32,000 bases of DNA, taken from contig JABHXA010000005.1 in NCBI GenBank assembly GCA_018657495.1, positions 104,749 to 136,748 on the forward strand. Reading direction: 5' to 3'. Each line of letters opens with the position of its first letter. Position 1 is the first letter of the stretch. The translations under genes were made by a program, and so were the position numbers. Source of the DNA: Fidelibacterota bacterium (lineage in GTDB: Bacteria; Fidelibacterota; Marinisomatia; SCGC-AAA003-L08; JACNLC01). The notes beneath the pieces are model-generated. The model was not told the DNA's origin, searched no databases, and was given only the letters and a program-made list of their open reading frames with translations. Below, one piece after another: positions 1 to 9,326 of the stretch.

Positions 1-2
1 CA

Positions 3-1574
3 TTTATACCGTATTTGCCTGGAGGAACCAATGTTGACTATCGTGTATCTGCAACCGATGAAGATGGCACTACTACTACCGATGGCGGTTCCTATTTTGT
101 GTATGCACCATCAAACGATATTCTTTGGGTATTCAATAATGAAATGAATGGTGTAGGATTTCCAGATGCCTATTATTTCTATGAAGGAAATGAAACGGGT
201 GAATTTCTGTATTCTACTGATATTTGGCATGGTGGAGTATCCCAAGAACTTTTATCCTATTATGATATCGTTATGGAAATTACCACTACTGCTACCTGGG
301 CTGATTTAATAGATCACTATGATGTAATTCACGATTGGTTAAATACAGGTGGAAAAAGATATTTTCTTGCCGGGGATGAAGTATTAGGGATAATGACGGG
401 GTGGAATGATGGTCTAACGGTGGATGGTTCACTTTTTAATGCTATGGGAATTGCCGAGATTTATCATGACATCAATGAAGGTAGCACAACAAGTGTTCTC
501 AATGCAATAGAAGGTGATATACTTTCCGGTGATATGTATGAGGCTGTACCTGATGGAAGTTCAATTATGTATGATCCTGACTATGAAATCGGCTTTGATA
601 ACCTGTTGGATGGTATCCTCCCCACTGATGATGCAACCGTTTTCCTGACAGATCAAATCAGCGAGTTTGCTGTTGGCATCTACAAGGAATGGGATAATAC
701 CAGCCGATCTGTTTTCTGCGCTTTTGATCCCCTGTCTCTGAATTCAGCCCCGGAATATTACTGGTTTGGTGCGTCCTATGTAGGTCCCACAATCATGTCG
801 GCAGGTTGGTTTACTTGCCCATTTGTTCTTTCAGGTGATGTGACTGATGATGGAAATGTGGATGTTTTAGATGTTGTAGCAATTATCGGTCACATTCTTG
901 GGAACTCGCAACTCACAGGATGTGCATTACTAGCTGCGGATCTAAATCAGGATGAAATAATAGATGTAATGGACATTGTAGAATTGATATGGCGGTTTTT
1001 CCCACTGATTCCCAGGGATAATGAAATTGCCAACATTGCTTCTTTAAATGTGATTAATAATCAGGTCACCTTTCAATCCGATGGAATAGTAGATGCTTTT
1101 CAGATTACGATTTCTCATGAACCTGAATCAACAATCGAATTAACAGAAAAGTCTTTGGCGGCGGATTATGTTACCGATGGATCTCTCACAACAATGATTA
1201 TTGTTGCCCCGGAAACTAATGAACTATTCAGTGCTTCCGGTGATTTTGAATTTGTTGACATCCTTGCTGCTTCTAGTGAAAATTATGTCGATGTGTCGAT
1301 GGCTATTCCAGAGAGCTTTGCATTGAAGTCAGCCTATCCCAATCCATTCAATCCAATTACCACCATTGCTTACGATGTGCCTGTTCCATCAGATGTAAAA
1401 GTAATCATTTATGATCTCCTTGGACGACAACTTACCGAGTTGGTGAACAATTATGTGGAAGGTGGAAGTTATATTGTTAACTGGGATGCCTCAGAATTTT
1501 CAAGTGGAGTATATCTCGTTAGAATGACCGCCGATGATTTTATTAGTACACAAAAGGTAATGTTGGTGAAATAG
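3..1574 (+). CDS. Secreted multidomain protein, 5'-truncated by the window: unknown N-terminal region, dockerin-like EF-hand pair, cohesin-like beta domain and C-terminal type IX (Por) sorting tail
   Basis: The ORF stays open upstream of the TTG at 15 (FIPYLPGGTNV...). Dockerin-like GDVTDDGNVDVLDVVAIIGHIL...AADLNQDEIIDVMDIVELI. Tail SAYPNPFNPITTIAYDVPVPSDVKVIIYDLLGRQLTELV...SSGVYLVRMTADDFISTQKVMLVK is typical of T9SS type A sorting domains. Confidence 0.8.
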   Translation, partial: FIPYLPGGTNVDYRVSATDEDGTTTTDGGSYFVYAPSNDILWVFNNEMNGVGFPDAYYFYEGNETGEFLYSTDIWHGGVSQELLSYYDIVMEITTTATWADLIDHYDVIHDWLNTGGKRYFLAGDEVLGIMTGWNDGLTVDGSLFNAMGIAEIYHDINEGSTTSVLNAIEGDILSGDMYEAVPDGSSIMYDPDYEIGFDNLLDGILPTDDATVFLTDQISEFAVGIYKEWDNTSRSVFCAFDPLSLNSAPEYYWFGASYVGPTIMSAGWFTCPFVLSGDVTDDGNVDVLDVVAIIGHILGNSQLTGCALLAADLNQDEIIDVMDIVELIWRFFPLIPRDNEIANIASLNVINNQVTFQSDGIVDAFQITISHEPESTIELTEKSLAADYVTDGSLTTMIIVAPETNELFSASGDFEFVDILAASSENYVDVSMAIPESFALKSAYPNPFNPITTIAYDVPVPSDVKVIIYDLLGRQLTELVNNYVEGGSYIVNWDASEFSSGVYLVRMTADDFISTQKVMLVK

Positions 1575-1584
1575 GAGTAGTCGG

Positions 1585-1620
1585 CTGAATCACGCCTGCC
1601 TGCCGCAGGCTGGGATTCAG
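1585..1620. repeat. Nested palindromic element CTGAATC-acGCCTGC-ctgcc-GCAGGCtgg-GATTCAG
   Basis: Outer 7-bp arms CTGAATC/GATTCAG and inner 6-bp arms GCCTGC/GCAGGC, read directly just after the first ORF's stop. Confidence 0.6.
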
Positions 1621-1677
1621 ACAAAAAGAGAATTATCAAAGGACCGACAGCATCATCATGAATTATCCTTTCCATAG

Positions 1678-1697
1678 CCCAGTCCTTTAGGGCTGGG
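1678..1697. repeat. Hairpin CCCAGTCC-TTTA-GGGCTGGG (REP-like or weak terminator)
   Basis: 8-bp stem with one G.U wobble and a 4-nt loop; followed by TTATTAAA with no clean T-tract. Confidence 0.45.
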
Positions 1698-1854
1698 TTA
1701 TTAAATGTCATACCAAATCAATTTTCATATCCCTTTAAACAAACCTGTTCAAAACCATCCAATAGAATACTTATTCGATTCGATTGAGTAAGTGAGTAAT
1801 CATAAATTTACCTTCTCAAAAATCTTCAAATAATACGGATTACAATTCACATTT

Positions 1855-2646
1855 ATGGATATTGATTTACTATTGGTTTTCCTGCTTGGTTTTTCAAGCG
1901 GATTTGGTCACTGTGTTGGCATGTGCGGCGGCATCGTTCTCACCTATTCCGTCAACCTTCATAAAAATTCTGGCCAGGCAAATTCCTTTTTCGCAGCCAT
2001 CCTTCCCCATCTTTATTATAGCAGCGGCAGGACTTTCACCTACATGTTCCTCGGTGGAATATTTGGTTTGTTGGGTACAACTCTAACTTTTGCCGAATCC
2101 GCATTCGATCTTCAGGCATTATTACAGGTTTTTGCAGGTATCCTGATGATCTATATGGGTCTGGATCTACTGCATCTCATCCCCAAGTTTCCAGTCATTT
2201 TTTTTAAATCAGGGAGTCCTTTCAAACGAATGATTCATGGTTTATTGATCTCCGTCAATCGATCAAATATATTCGCCCTTGGCATCGTTTTAGGGTTCTT
2301 ACCCTGCGGAGTTGTTTATGCCGCCGGAGCCAAAGCCGCCTCTTCAGGAAGTATAATGTCAGGGATGATTATCATGCTGGTTTTTGCATTGGGAACTGCC
2401 CCGGCCATGGTTATGATGGGTCTTGGTGCAGGATGGATTACGGGTAAATTCCGTTCGAGAGTTTTTAAGATTTCGGCGATCCTGGTGATTATGCTTGGCA
2501 GTTTAACCGGGTACAAAGGAGTAATAAAATTAAATAAACCCATCCTGGAACATCAGCAGGGAAATGTTCAGCTAGACTGTTGTGATCCTGCTTCAACGGC
2601 AGATTCCAACTCTGAACATTGCCATACCTCCTCCAATAAAAAATAA
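1855..2646 (+). CDS. Sulfite exporter TauE/SafE-like (UreH/DsbD-like) membrane protein of the type found next to cbb3 oxidase maturation genes
   Basis: Multi-TM protein with LGFSSGFGHCVGMCGGIVL and GFLPCGVVYAAG motifs; immediately upstream of a CcoI-like P-type ATPase. Confidence 0.8.
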   Translation: MDIDLLLVFLLGFSSGFGHCVGMCGGIVLTYSVNLHKNSGQANSFFAAILPHLYYSSGRTFTYMFLGGIFGLLGTTLTFAESAFDLQALLQVFAGILMIYMGLDLLHLIPKFPVIFFKSGSPFKRMIHGLLISVNRSNIFALGIVLGFLPCGVVYAAGAKAASSGSIMSGMIIMLVFALGTAPAMVMMGLGAGWITGKFRSRVFKISAILVIMLGSLTGYKGVIKLNKPILEHQQGNVQLDCCDPASTADSNSEHCHTSSNKK

Positions 2647-2667
2647 TCAACAGCAGACATATAAATC

Positions 2668-5100
2668 GTGAATTCATCCCATAATGAAAATATGAATCTG
2701 AGTAATCATTGTTATCACTGCGGCGATGAATGTGGTAATTCTGCCATCACTCTTGATAATAAGAAATTTTGCTGTAACGGCTGTCTCCAGGTATTTTCGC
2801 TGTTAAATGAAACTGATATGTGTGACTATTATGAGCTGAATTCAACACCAGGAATTAATCCTGGCGAAGCTAATCTTCATAAACAGAAATTTGAATATCT
2901 CGATGATGAGGATATGCTCAACAAATTGATTGATTTCAATGATGGTAACTATTCTACGGTAAGGTTCACCTTGCCTGATATGCATTGCAGTTCATGTATC
3001 TGGCTACTGGAGAAACTCTATAAAATTGATCCATCTATCGTTTCATCGCAGGTCAATTTTACTTCAAAAGAAATTACCATTAAGTTTATAAATAAACATT
3101 TTTCCCTTAGGAAAACAGCCGAAATACTTACGAGCCTGGGATACGAACCGCAGTTAAACCTTAAGGATCTTGAACAGGATCAGCTTTCATCAACCAGAAA
3201 GCAATTATATATTCAAATCGGAATCGCTGGATTTTCATTCGCCAATATTATGCTATTGAGTTTACCTGAGTATCTCTCGTTTGAGAGTAACTTGGACGAA
3301 AAATTTAAAAATTTCTTTGGTTATCTGAATATCCTCCTTGCCTTACCCGTATTATTTTTTAGCGCTAAAGGATTTTTCACCAGTGCCTGGAATGGAATGA
3401 AACAAAGATTTATAAATATTGATGTGCCAATCGTTCTGGGAATTATTACGCTGTTTAGTAAAAGTCTTTTTGAGATTTTGACAAAATCGGGATCAGGGTA
3501 TATGGATTCATTTACCGGGCTGATTTTTTTATTATTACTGGGGAAATTGTTTCAGCAAAAAACCTATGATTCTCTCTTGTTTGACCGGGATTACAAAAGT
3601 TATTTCCCTGTATCCGTTCATAGAAAAACCGACAGTGGTGAAGAGATTATTCCTCTTTCCAAATTAAAAATTGGCGACCGGATCATCATCCGTAATGGTG
3701 AGATCGTACCTGCTGATGCCATTTTGATAAAATCCTCGGCTTCAATTGATTATAGCTTTGTGACGGGAGAATCGATTCCAGTGACCAAATCTTCAGGGGA
3801 TAGGGTCTATGCCGGGGGCATTCACAAAGGCGGTATGATTGAATTGGATGTCATCAAAGATCTGTCCCAGAGTTATCTAACCCAACTGTGGAACAATAAT
3901 GTTCAGGATGAAAATAGCAATAGAAATATTATTCATCTTACAGATCATATCAGCCGCTACTTCACCTTGATAATTTTACTTATTGGATTCATTACAATCG
4001 CCTATTGGTTATTCAATGATCCAGGCAAGTCTTTGAATGCATTCACCGCTGTTCTAATTGTGGCTTGCCCATGTGCCCTGGCGCTCTCAGCACCATTTAC
4101 ATTGGGTAATGCCTTAAGAATTCTTGGCAAGAATCAGCTATATCTCAAGAATGCCCATATCATTGAAATATTATCAAAAGTGGATACCATCGTATTTGAC
4201 AAGACCGGTACTCTGACTTATGGCGGTAAATCCAGCATATATTTTACATCCCTGGATGAGGAAATACTATCATTGGGTCAGGACGAATTGAAAATGATTA
4301 AATCTATAGTATATCAGTCGAACCACCCACTAAGTCAGGCGATATATGATCATATCAAGTCGGACGATTTGTTCACAGTTAAACAATTTGAAGAGATCCC
4401 CGGTGAAGGTATAAAAGGGATAATTGGTCAAAAACATATTTCTATTGGATCCAGCCAATTTACTGGTATCCAACAAGATTCTAAAGATTCCAATAGGGTA
4501 TTTATTTCAATTAACTCTAATGTCCGAGGATATTTTGTTATTCAAAATTCTTACCGAAAAGGTCTAAAAAAAGTAATAAATGAATTGAGCACATCAAATG
4601 AATTACATCTGATAACTGGAGATAACGATAGAGAGCGACAGAATCTTCAACCACTATTTGGTGATGGAATAAACTTTAATCAAACACCAATTGATAAGCG
4701 GAATTTTATCCATCAGCTTCATAAGGAAAAAAAAGTAGTCTTGATGATCGGAGATGGCTTAAATGATGCTGGAGCCCTTGAACATAGTGATGTTGGGATT
4801 GCCTTATCGGAAAATAAAAATACTTTTAGCCCCGCTTCAGATGGTATATTGGATGCAGCGGTTTTTACAAAGTTGAATGATTATTTACATTTTTCCAAAA
4901 CAGCCATGAAAATAATTCGATCCAGTTTTGTCATTTCATTTTTGTATAATATAGTCGGGATGAGCTTTGCCGTGTCAGGAAATCTGTCTCCACTTATAGC
5001 GGCAATATTGATGCCGGTGAGTTCGATTTCTGTCATATTATTTGCAACAGGAATGACCAACTTTATGGCCAAAGGCAAAGGGTTATCCTGGGGGTTTTAA
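2668..5100 (+). CDS. ccoI: Heavy-metal (copper) translocating P-type ATPase, CcoI/CopA2-like, for cytochrome cbb3 oxidase maturation
   Basis: N-terminal Cys cluster CYHCG...CCNGC, HMA CSSC, CPC motif VACPCALALSAP, FDKTGTLT, SNHPLSQAI and GDGLNDAGAL. GTG start at 2668 or internal ATG at 2692. Confidence 0.85.
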   Translation: MNSSHNENMNLSNHCYHCGDECGNSAITLDNKKFCCNGCLQVFSLLNETDMCDYYELNSTPGINPGEANLHKQKFEYLDDEDMLNKLIDFNDGNYSTVRFTLPDMHCSSCIWLLEKLYKIDPSIVSSQVNFTSKEITIKFINKHFSLRKTAEILTSLGYEPQLNLKDLEQDQLSSTRKQLYIQIGIAGFSFANIMLLSLPEYLSFESNLDEKFKNFFGYLNILLALPVLFFSAKGFFTSAWNGMKQRFINIDVPIVLGIITLFSKSLFEILTKSGSGYMDSFTGLIFLLLLGKLFQQKTYDSLLFDRDYKSYFPVSVHRKTDSGEEIIPLSKLKIGDRIIIRNGEIVPADAILIKSSASIDYSFVTGESIPVTKSSGDRVYAGGIHKGGMIELDVIKDLSQSYLTQLWNNNVQDENSNRNIIHLTDHISRYFTLIILLIGFITIAYWLFNDPGKSLNAFTAVLIVACPCALALSAPFTLGNALRILGKNQLYLKNAHIIEILSKVDTIVFDKTGTLTYGGKSSIYFTSLDEEILSLGQDELKMIKSIVYQSNHPLSQAIYDHIKSDDLFTVKQFEEIPGEGIKGIIGQKHISIGSSQFTGIQQDSKDSNRVFISINSNVRGYFVIQNSYRKGLKKVINELSTSNELHLITGDNDRERQNLQPLFGDGINFNQTPIDKRNFIHQLHKEKKVVLMIGDGLNDAGALEHSDVGIALSENKNTFSPASDGILDAAVFTKLNDYLHFSKTAMKIIRSSFVISFLYNIVGMSFAVSGNLSPLIAAILMPVSSISVILFATGMTNFMAKGKGLSWGF

Positions 5101-5124
5101 GTCAGCCGGGAGAGAAAACTATTG

Positions 5125-5679
5125 TTAACTGGTTTTTTGAAAATGACAGGGACCGATACGTTTTTCAGAATTTTGGCTCAACTCTTGCCATAGTTCGGGC
5201 TCTTTTAAAGTTTGGAATGCCATCGGATATAAAATATTTTCTTCCTTCTCAATATGTCCTCGAATAAATCCAATTAATCCAGTAGCAGTGTATCTTATTC
5301 TTGATTTATTCTCCTTGAATTCTCCATTGTTAATATTATCAATCTGATTTTTTAATTTATCTTTATATTCCCGAAACCCTACATGTTCTGTTTTCATCGC
5401 TGATGTTGGTCCAGAAATACCGCTCTTTTCCATGGCTTCAAATAATATATCTTCTTCTCTTTGGTGATGCGGTTCGGCATTTAGCAGGTTAGCGGTTAAA
5501 ATCTTAAGTTTTTCTATCACAGAACCAGCATCGTCTGAAATAGAATAATTATTCAAAGATTGTAATTCCCTCTCTAACTCATCCAAGATATACTTAATGG
5601 ACTCATGTTCATCATGTAATAATTTGAGTAAATGACCATCGGGTAGGTTATTATAAAATACAGTTATATTTTCAATCAT
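5125..5679 (-). CDS. Hemerythrin-like (HHE cation-binding) domain protein
   Basis: Diiron-type pattern LLHDEHESIKYIL, EPHHQREEDILFEAME, KTEHVGFREY, GHIEKEENILYPMA. Confidence 0.8.
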   Translation of the reverse strand: MIENITVFYNNLPDGHLLKLLHDEHESIKYILDELERELQSLNNYSISDDAGSVIEKLKILTANLLNAEPHHQREEDILFEAMEKSGISGPTSAMKTEHVGFREYKDKLKNQIDNINNGEFKENKSRIRYTATGLIGFIRGHIEKEENILYPMAFQTLKEPELWQELSQNSEKRIGPCHFQKTS

Positions 5680-5700
5680 GTGATTCCTTTGTATTTAGAA

Positions 5701-6141
5701 TCAGGTTTTACTAAATAGAATATTTTTCTCTGTTAGTTCATTATTGATTTCTATTAAATCTTTAATCGATTTCACGGTAAATAATTCAACTATTTCGAAT
5801 TTCGTCGCCCCCCAATATTCATGAATCGGGCAGGGATTATCCGATCCACAAACCGATAATCCAAGTACACATTTATTAAAAATATCATCTCCTTCAAAGG
5901 GTTCGACAATTTTTATAAGGGTTGTTTTTGAAATATCAATCTTCAGCTGGACGCCGCCACGGGGTCCTGTGTGGGATTTTAAAATTTCATGACGAATCAG
6001 GATGTTTGCAACTTTTGCCAATTGATAGTATGGGATTTCCAGTATTTTGGCAATTTCCTTTAATCGAACAAACGATTCTTCTCGGCTGTTTAGATGGAAA
6101 ACTAACCTTATGGCATATTCGGATGATTTTGTTAGTAACAT
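5701..6141 (-). CDS. Rrf2-family transcriptional regulator with Cys triad
   Basis: N-terminal MLLTKSSEYAIRLVFHL, wHTH RLKEIAKILEIPYYQLAKVANIL, GPRGGVQL, and Cys motif CVLGLSVCGSDNPC (C-x6-C-x5-C). Confidence 0.87.
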   Translation of the reverse strand: MLLTKSSEYAIRLVFHLNSREESFVRLKEIAKILEIPYYQLAKVANILIRHEILKSHTGPRGGVQLKIDISKTTLIKIVEPFEGDDIFNKCVLGLSVCGSDNPCPIHEYWGATKFEIVELFTVKSIKDLIEINNELTEKNILFSKT

Positions 6142-6245
6142 TATATAAGCGTTTATTTATGATTTTGTTATCATAAATTATTAATTCTTGCCCATATTAT
6201 GGAAGTAATAATTGCAACATGTTGTTATCGAGGTGTTTTTCTTTT

Positions 6246-6278
6246 AAAAAAAAGAAAGGATGCCGTAACATCCTTTCT
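6246..6278 (-). terminator. Rho-independent terminator for the minus-strand operon ending with nusB
   Basis: Minus strand AGAAAGGATG-TTACGG-CATCCTTTCT: 10-bp perfect stem, 6-nt loop, followed by an 8-nt T-run (plus-strand A8 at 6246-6253). Confidence 0.85.
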
Positions 6279-6346
6279 CGCATCTGCAATATGCAAAATG
6301 GTTTTTCAACAGTATTCCTGTTGATTATTTTTTGATCAGTAAGCCT

Positions 6347-6784
6347 TTAACTGATTACTAACTTTCCCTTCTGAAAATCATTGTATACAGAATCAAGTAT
6401 GCCATTTATAAATGCACTGCTGTCTTCTGTACTGAACTGTTTGGCAATTTCAACTGCTTCACTGATGGATACTTTTGGAGGTACATCTTCAATAAAAACT
6501 AACTCGGCAATCGCCAACCTCAATATCAATTTGTCAATCATGGTTATACGATTTATCTCCCAATTCTTTGATCGATCCTGGATGATATCATCACAGATTT
6601 TTATATTTTTGACCGTAATTCGAGATAATTTCCCGGCATATTTAATTATATCAGGAGTCAGAGTATCCTCCTTCCATTCGCTGATGTATGCAAGGGTCCC
6701 GCCAGGATCATTACCTGAGAGATTCCATGCATACAATGCCTGGAGTGCGGAAATTCTGGCGATTCTTTTCTCTTTACGATTCAA
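6347..6784 (-). CDS. nusB: Transcription antitermination factor NusB
   Basis: ARISALQALYAWNLSG... and VSEAVEIAKQFSTEDSSAFINGILDSV are typical NusB sequence; 145 aa. Confidence 0.88.
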   Translation of the reverse strand: MNRKEKRIARISALQALYAWNLSGNDPGGTLAYISEWKEDTLTPDIIKYAGKLSRITVKNIKICDDIIQDRSKNWEINRITMIDKLILRLAIAELVFIEDVPPKVSISEAVEIAKQFSTEDSSAFINGILDSVYNDFQKGKLVIS

Positions 6785-6786
6785 AA

Positions 6787-7902
6787 TTATTTATCGCTTC
6801 TGATCTTGAAGGTTTTTCTCTTTGATAGATAGAAAGATTTTAAACCGCCAATACTGTGGATGCGTTCTTCAGCAAGAATATCCGATGCAATATTGTTTGG
6901 TATATCTTCTTCTTTTGCTCTTTTAAATATCGAACAGAGTATATCGTAAATACCTTCTGCCTGATTAAATGCTTTTTCTCGATTGTAACCTTCTAATTCA
7001 TTTGATACGTTTATCAATCCACCGGCGTTAATAGCATAATCAGGAGCATAGAGAATATTTCGTTTTTTCAGTTCAGCACCATGTATAGATGGGATCGCAA
7101 GCTGATTATTTGCGGCACCAGCGACAACACTGCATTTTAATTCTGGTATTGTGACATCATTAATAGCTGCGCCAAGAGCACATGGAGCGTACACATCTAC
7201 ATCCAGAGAATGGATATCTTCTTTTGCAACTGGAGTAGCTCCGAACTTCCGCACCATTTTATCGATACGATCCTGTTCGATATCAGTGACGAATAATTCT
7301 GCCCCGTCTTTATGAAGATATTCCGTTAAATATTGTCCAACATGACCAAGTCCCTGAATTGCAATTTTTAATCCGGAAATATTATCCAACCCAAGTCTTT
7401 CTTTTACACTTGCTTTGATACCTACATATACACCTAATGCCGTTACCGGAGAGGGGTCGCCACTACCTCCGAGGGCGCTAGATATACCCGTAACATAATT
7501 TGTCTCTTTTTTAACATGCTCCATATCTCTAACCGATGTATTTACATCTTCAGCAGTGATATAGCGACCACCCAATCCTTCTATAAAACGACCGAAAGAA
7601 CGAAATAGCCTTTCGGATTTTAGTTTTTTTGCATCCCCGAAAATCACCGATTTACCGCCACCAAGATTAAGACCGGCAATGGCGGCTTTGTATGTCATTC
7701 CCTGTGATAATCTCAATACATCAATCATGGCATCATCTTCAGAATTATAATTCCAAAACCGACATCCGCCAAGGGCAGGTCCAAGTGTTGTATTATGTAT
7801 AGCCACAATAGCTTTCAAGCCACATGTAGGGTCATGAAACATATTAAATTGCTCATGTCCCATCTCATTCATTTTGTCAAAAATCTTCATTTCATACTCC
7901 AA
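6787..7902 (-). CDS. Glu/Leu/Phe/Val dehydrogenase (leucine/valine dehydrogenase-like)
   Basis: HDPTCGLKAIVAIHNTTLGPALGGCRFW, GGGKSVIFGDAKK, IQGLGHVGQYL, YAPDYAINAGGLINV. Confidence 0.9.
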   Translation of the reverse strand: MEYEMKIFDKMNEMGHEQFNMFHDPTCGLKAIVAIHNTTLGPALGGCRFWNYNSEDDAMIDVLRLSQGMTYKAAIAGLNLGGGKSVIFGDAKKLKSERLFRSFGRFIEGLGGRYITAEDVNTSVRDMEHVKKETNYVTGISSALGGSGDPSPVTALGVYVGIKASVKERLGLDNISGLKIAIQGLGHVGQYLTEYLHKDGAELFVTDIEQDRIDKMVRKFGATPVAKEDIHSLDVDVYAPCALGAAINDVTIPELKCSVVAGAANNQLAIPSIHGAELKKRNILYAPDYAINAGGLINVSNELEGYNREKAFNQAEGIYDILCSIFKRAKEEDIPNNIASDILAEERIHSIGGLKSFYLSKRKTFKIRSDK

Positions 7903-7913
7903 TATATTTAATA

Positions 7914-9053
7914 TTAATTTAATAAACCTCGAGCAATTACCACGCGCTGGATTTCAGATGTACCTTCATAAATTTGGGTAATCTTTGCATCTCGCATTAG
8001 TCTTTCTACCCCGGTCTCTCTCATATATCCATTTCCTCCATGGATTTGAACGCAATTGGTACTGGCCTTCATTGCCGTTTCAGAGGCATACACCTTTGCC
8101 ATAGATGCCATCGGACCAAAATTTAAATGTTTATCCTTCAAATAAGCAGCTTGTCTGATAATCAATCTGCTTGCTTCGATTTCCATCGCCATATCGGCAA
8201 GTTTAAACTGGATACCCTGATTCGCTGATATGGGCTTTCCAAACTGAATTCTCTCTTTAGAATATGATATTGATGCATCAAGTGAAGCCTGGGCGATACC
8301 CAATGCCTGTGCCGCTATGCCGATTCTTCCGCCATCCAATGTGGCCAGGGCAATTTTAAATCCCATTCCCTCTTCACCAATCAAATTTTCTTTTGGGATT
8401 TTGACATTGTCAAAATATAATTCACAGGTATCTGAAGCACGTATACCCAATTTATTCTCAGGTTTACCGCAGGAGAATCCTTCCCATTCTTTGTCAACAA
8501 CAAATGCGGAAACACCCTTATGTCCGATTCCCTGCTTAGTTACTGCAAAAAGGATAACATAATCACAGTTGATGCCACTGGTTACCCAATTTTTTGTCCC
8601 TGACACCACATAATCATCGCCGACTTTTTTAGCAATGGTTTTCATATTTGATGCGTCTGAACCAGATTGAGGTTCGGATAATGAAAAAGCGCCTAATTTT
8701 TCTCCAGTGGTTAATTTTGATAAATAATTTTCTTTTATGAAATCAGAGGCAAAGGATTCAAGCAGATAACAAACTAAGGAGTTATTTACAGACATGACAA
8801 CAGAGGCGGAGGCATCAATTCTGGCGATTTCTTCAATAGCAATAGAATAAGATATGGTATCCATCCCACCGCCATTCCATTTGGGATCTACCATCATTCC
8901 CATGAATCCCAATTCACCTAATTTTTTTATTCCTTCTGCAGGCCAGATTTTCTTTTCATCTCTTTCGATTACTCCATCAGCCAATTCAGCCAGGGCAAAT
9001 TCACGGGCAGTCTGCTGTATAAGTAATTGTTCATCAGTGAGATCAAAATTCAT
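7914..9053 (-). CDS. Acyl-CoA dehydrogenase
   Basis: MNFDLTDEQLLIQQTAREFA, LSEPQSGSDASNMKT, YASETAMKASTNCVQIHGGNGYMRE, RDAKITQIYEGTSEIQRVVIAR. Confidence 0.93.
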   Translation of the reverse strand: MNFDLTDEQLLIQQTAREFALAELADGVIERDEKKIWPAEGIKKLGELGFMGMMVDPKWNGGGMDTISYSIAIEEIARIDASASVVMSVNNSLVCYLLESFASDFIKENYLSKLTTGEKLGAFSLSEPQSGSDASNMKTIAKKVGDDYVVSGTKNWVTSGINCDYVILFAVTKQGIGHKGVSAFVVDKEWEGFSCGKPENKLGIRASDTCELYFDNVKIPKENLIGEEGMGFKIALATLDGGRIGIAAQALGIAQASLDASISYSKERIQFGKPISANQGIQFKLADMAMEIEASRLIIRQAAYLKDKHLNFGPMASMAKVYASETAMKASTNCVQIHGGNGYMRETGVERLMRDAKITQIYEGTSEIQRVVIARGLLN

Positions 9054-9129
9054 ATATTCCCTTTCAAAAGGTCCATAGATTAAAAATTATATATATTTTA
9101 ATTCTTTAAATCGTAACTATTTTCATAGC

Positions 9130-9163
9130 AAAAAAAAACCTCTCCCCGGTTTGGTGAAAGGTT
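9130..9163 (-). terminator. Rho-independent terminator downstream of the phoH-thiolase-hbd operon
   Basis: Minus strand AACCTTTCACC-AAACC-GGGGAGAGGTT (11-bp stem with one wobble and one A.G mismatch) running into a 9-nt T tract. Confidence 0.8.
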
Positions 9164-9326
9164 TATCTTTTAATATGAAATTATAATTACCATAAAGCCT
9201 GTAAATTTACGAAATAAACTACATGATTTCAAATTAGGAGTTCGTTATCTTGGATTGTTTTAATTTGAATATTTCCATCAAATATTTCTGAATTCAAGAT
9301 AACGATACACCGTCTTAAAATATCCC

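Noticed and set aside
1469-1711. Minus-strand 80-aa ORF over the 3' end of the first gene
   Set aside because: It runs antisense to a well-supported coding region and through palindromic elements, and shows no family similarity.
5922-6176. Plus-strand 84-aa ORF antisense to the Rrf2 gene
   Set aside because: It lies inside a clearly recognised Rrf2 coding region on the other strand; likely chance.
6215-6224. Perfect palindrome CAACATGTTG upstream of the Rrf2 gene as a possible operator
   Set aside because: A 10-bp palindrome is expected about once per kb by chance, the flanks do not extend the symmetry, and there is no second site.
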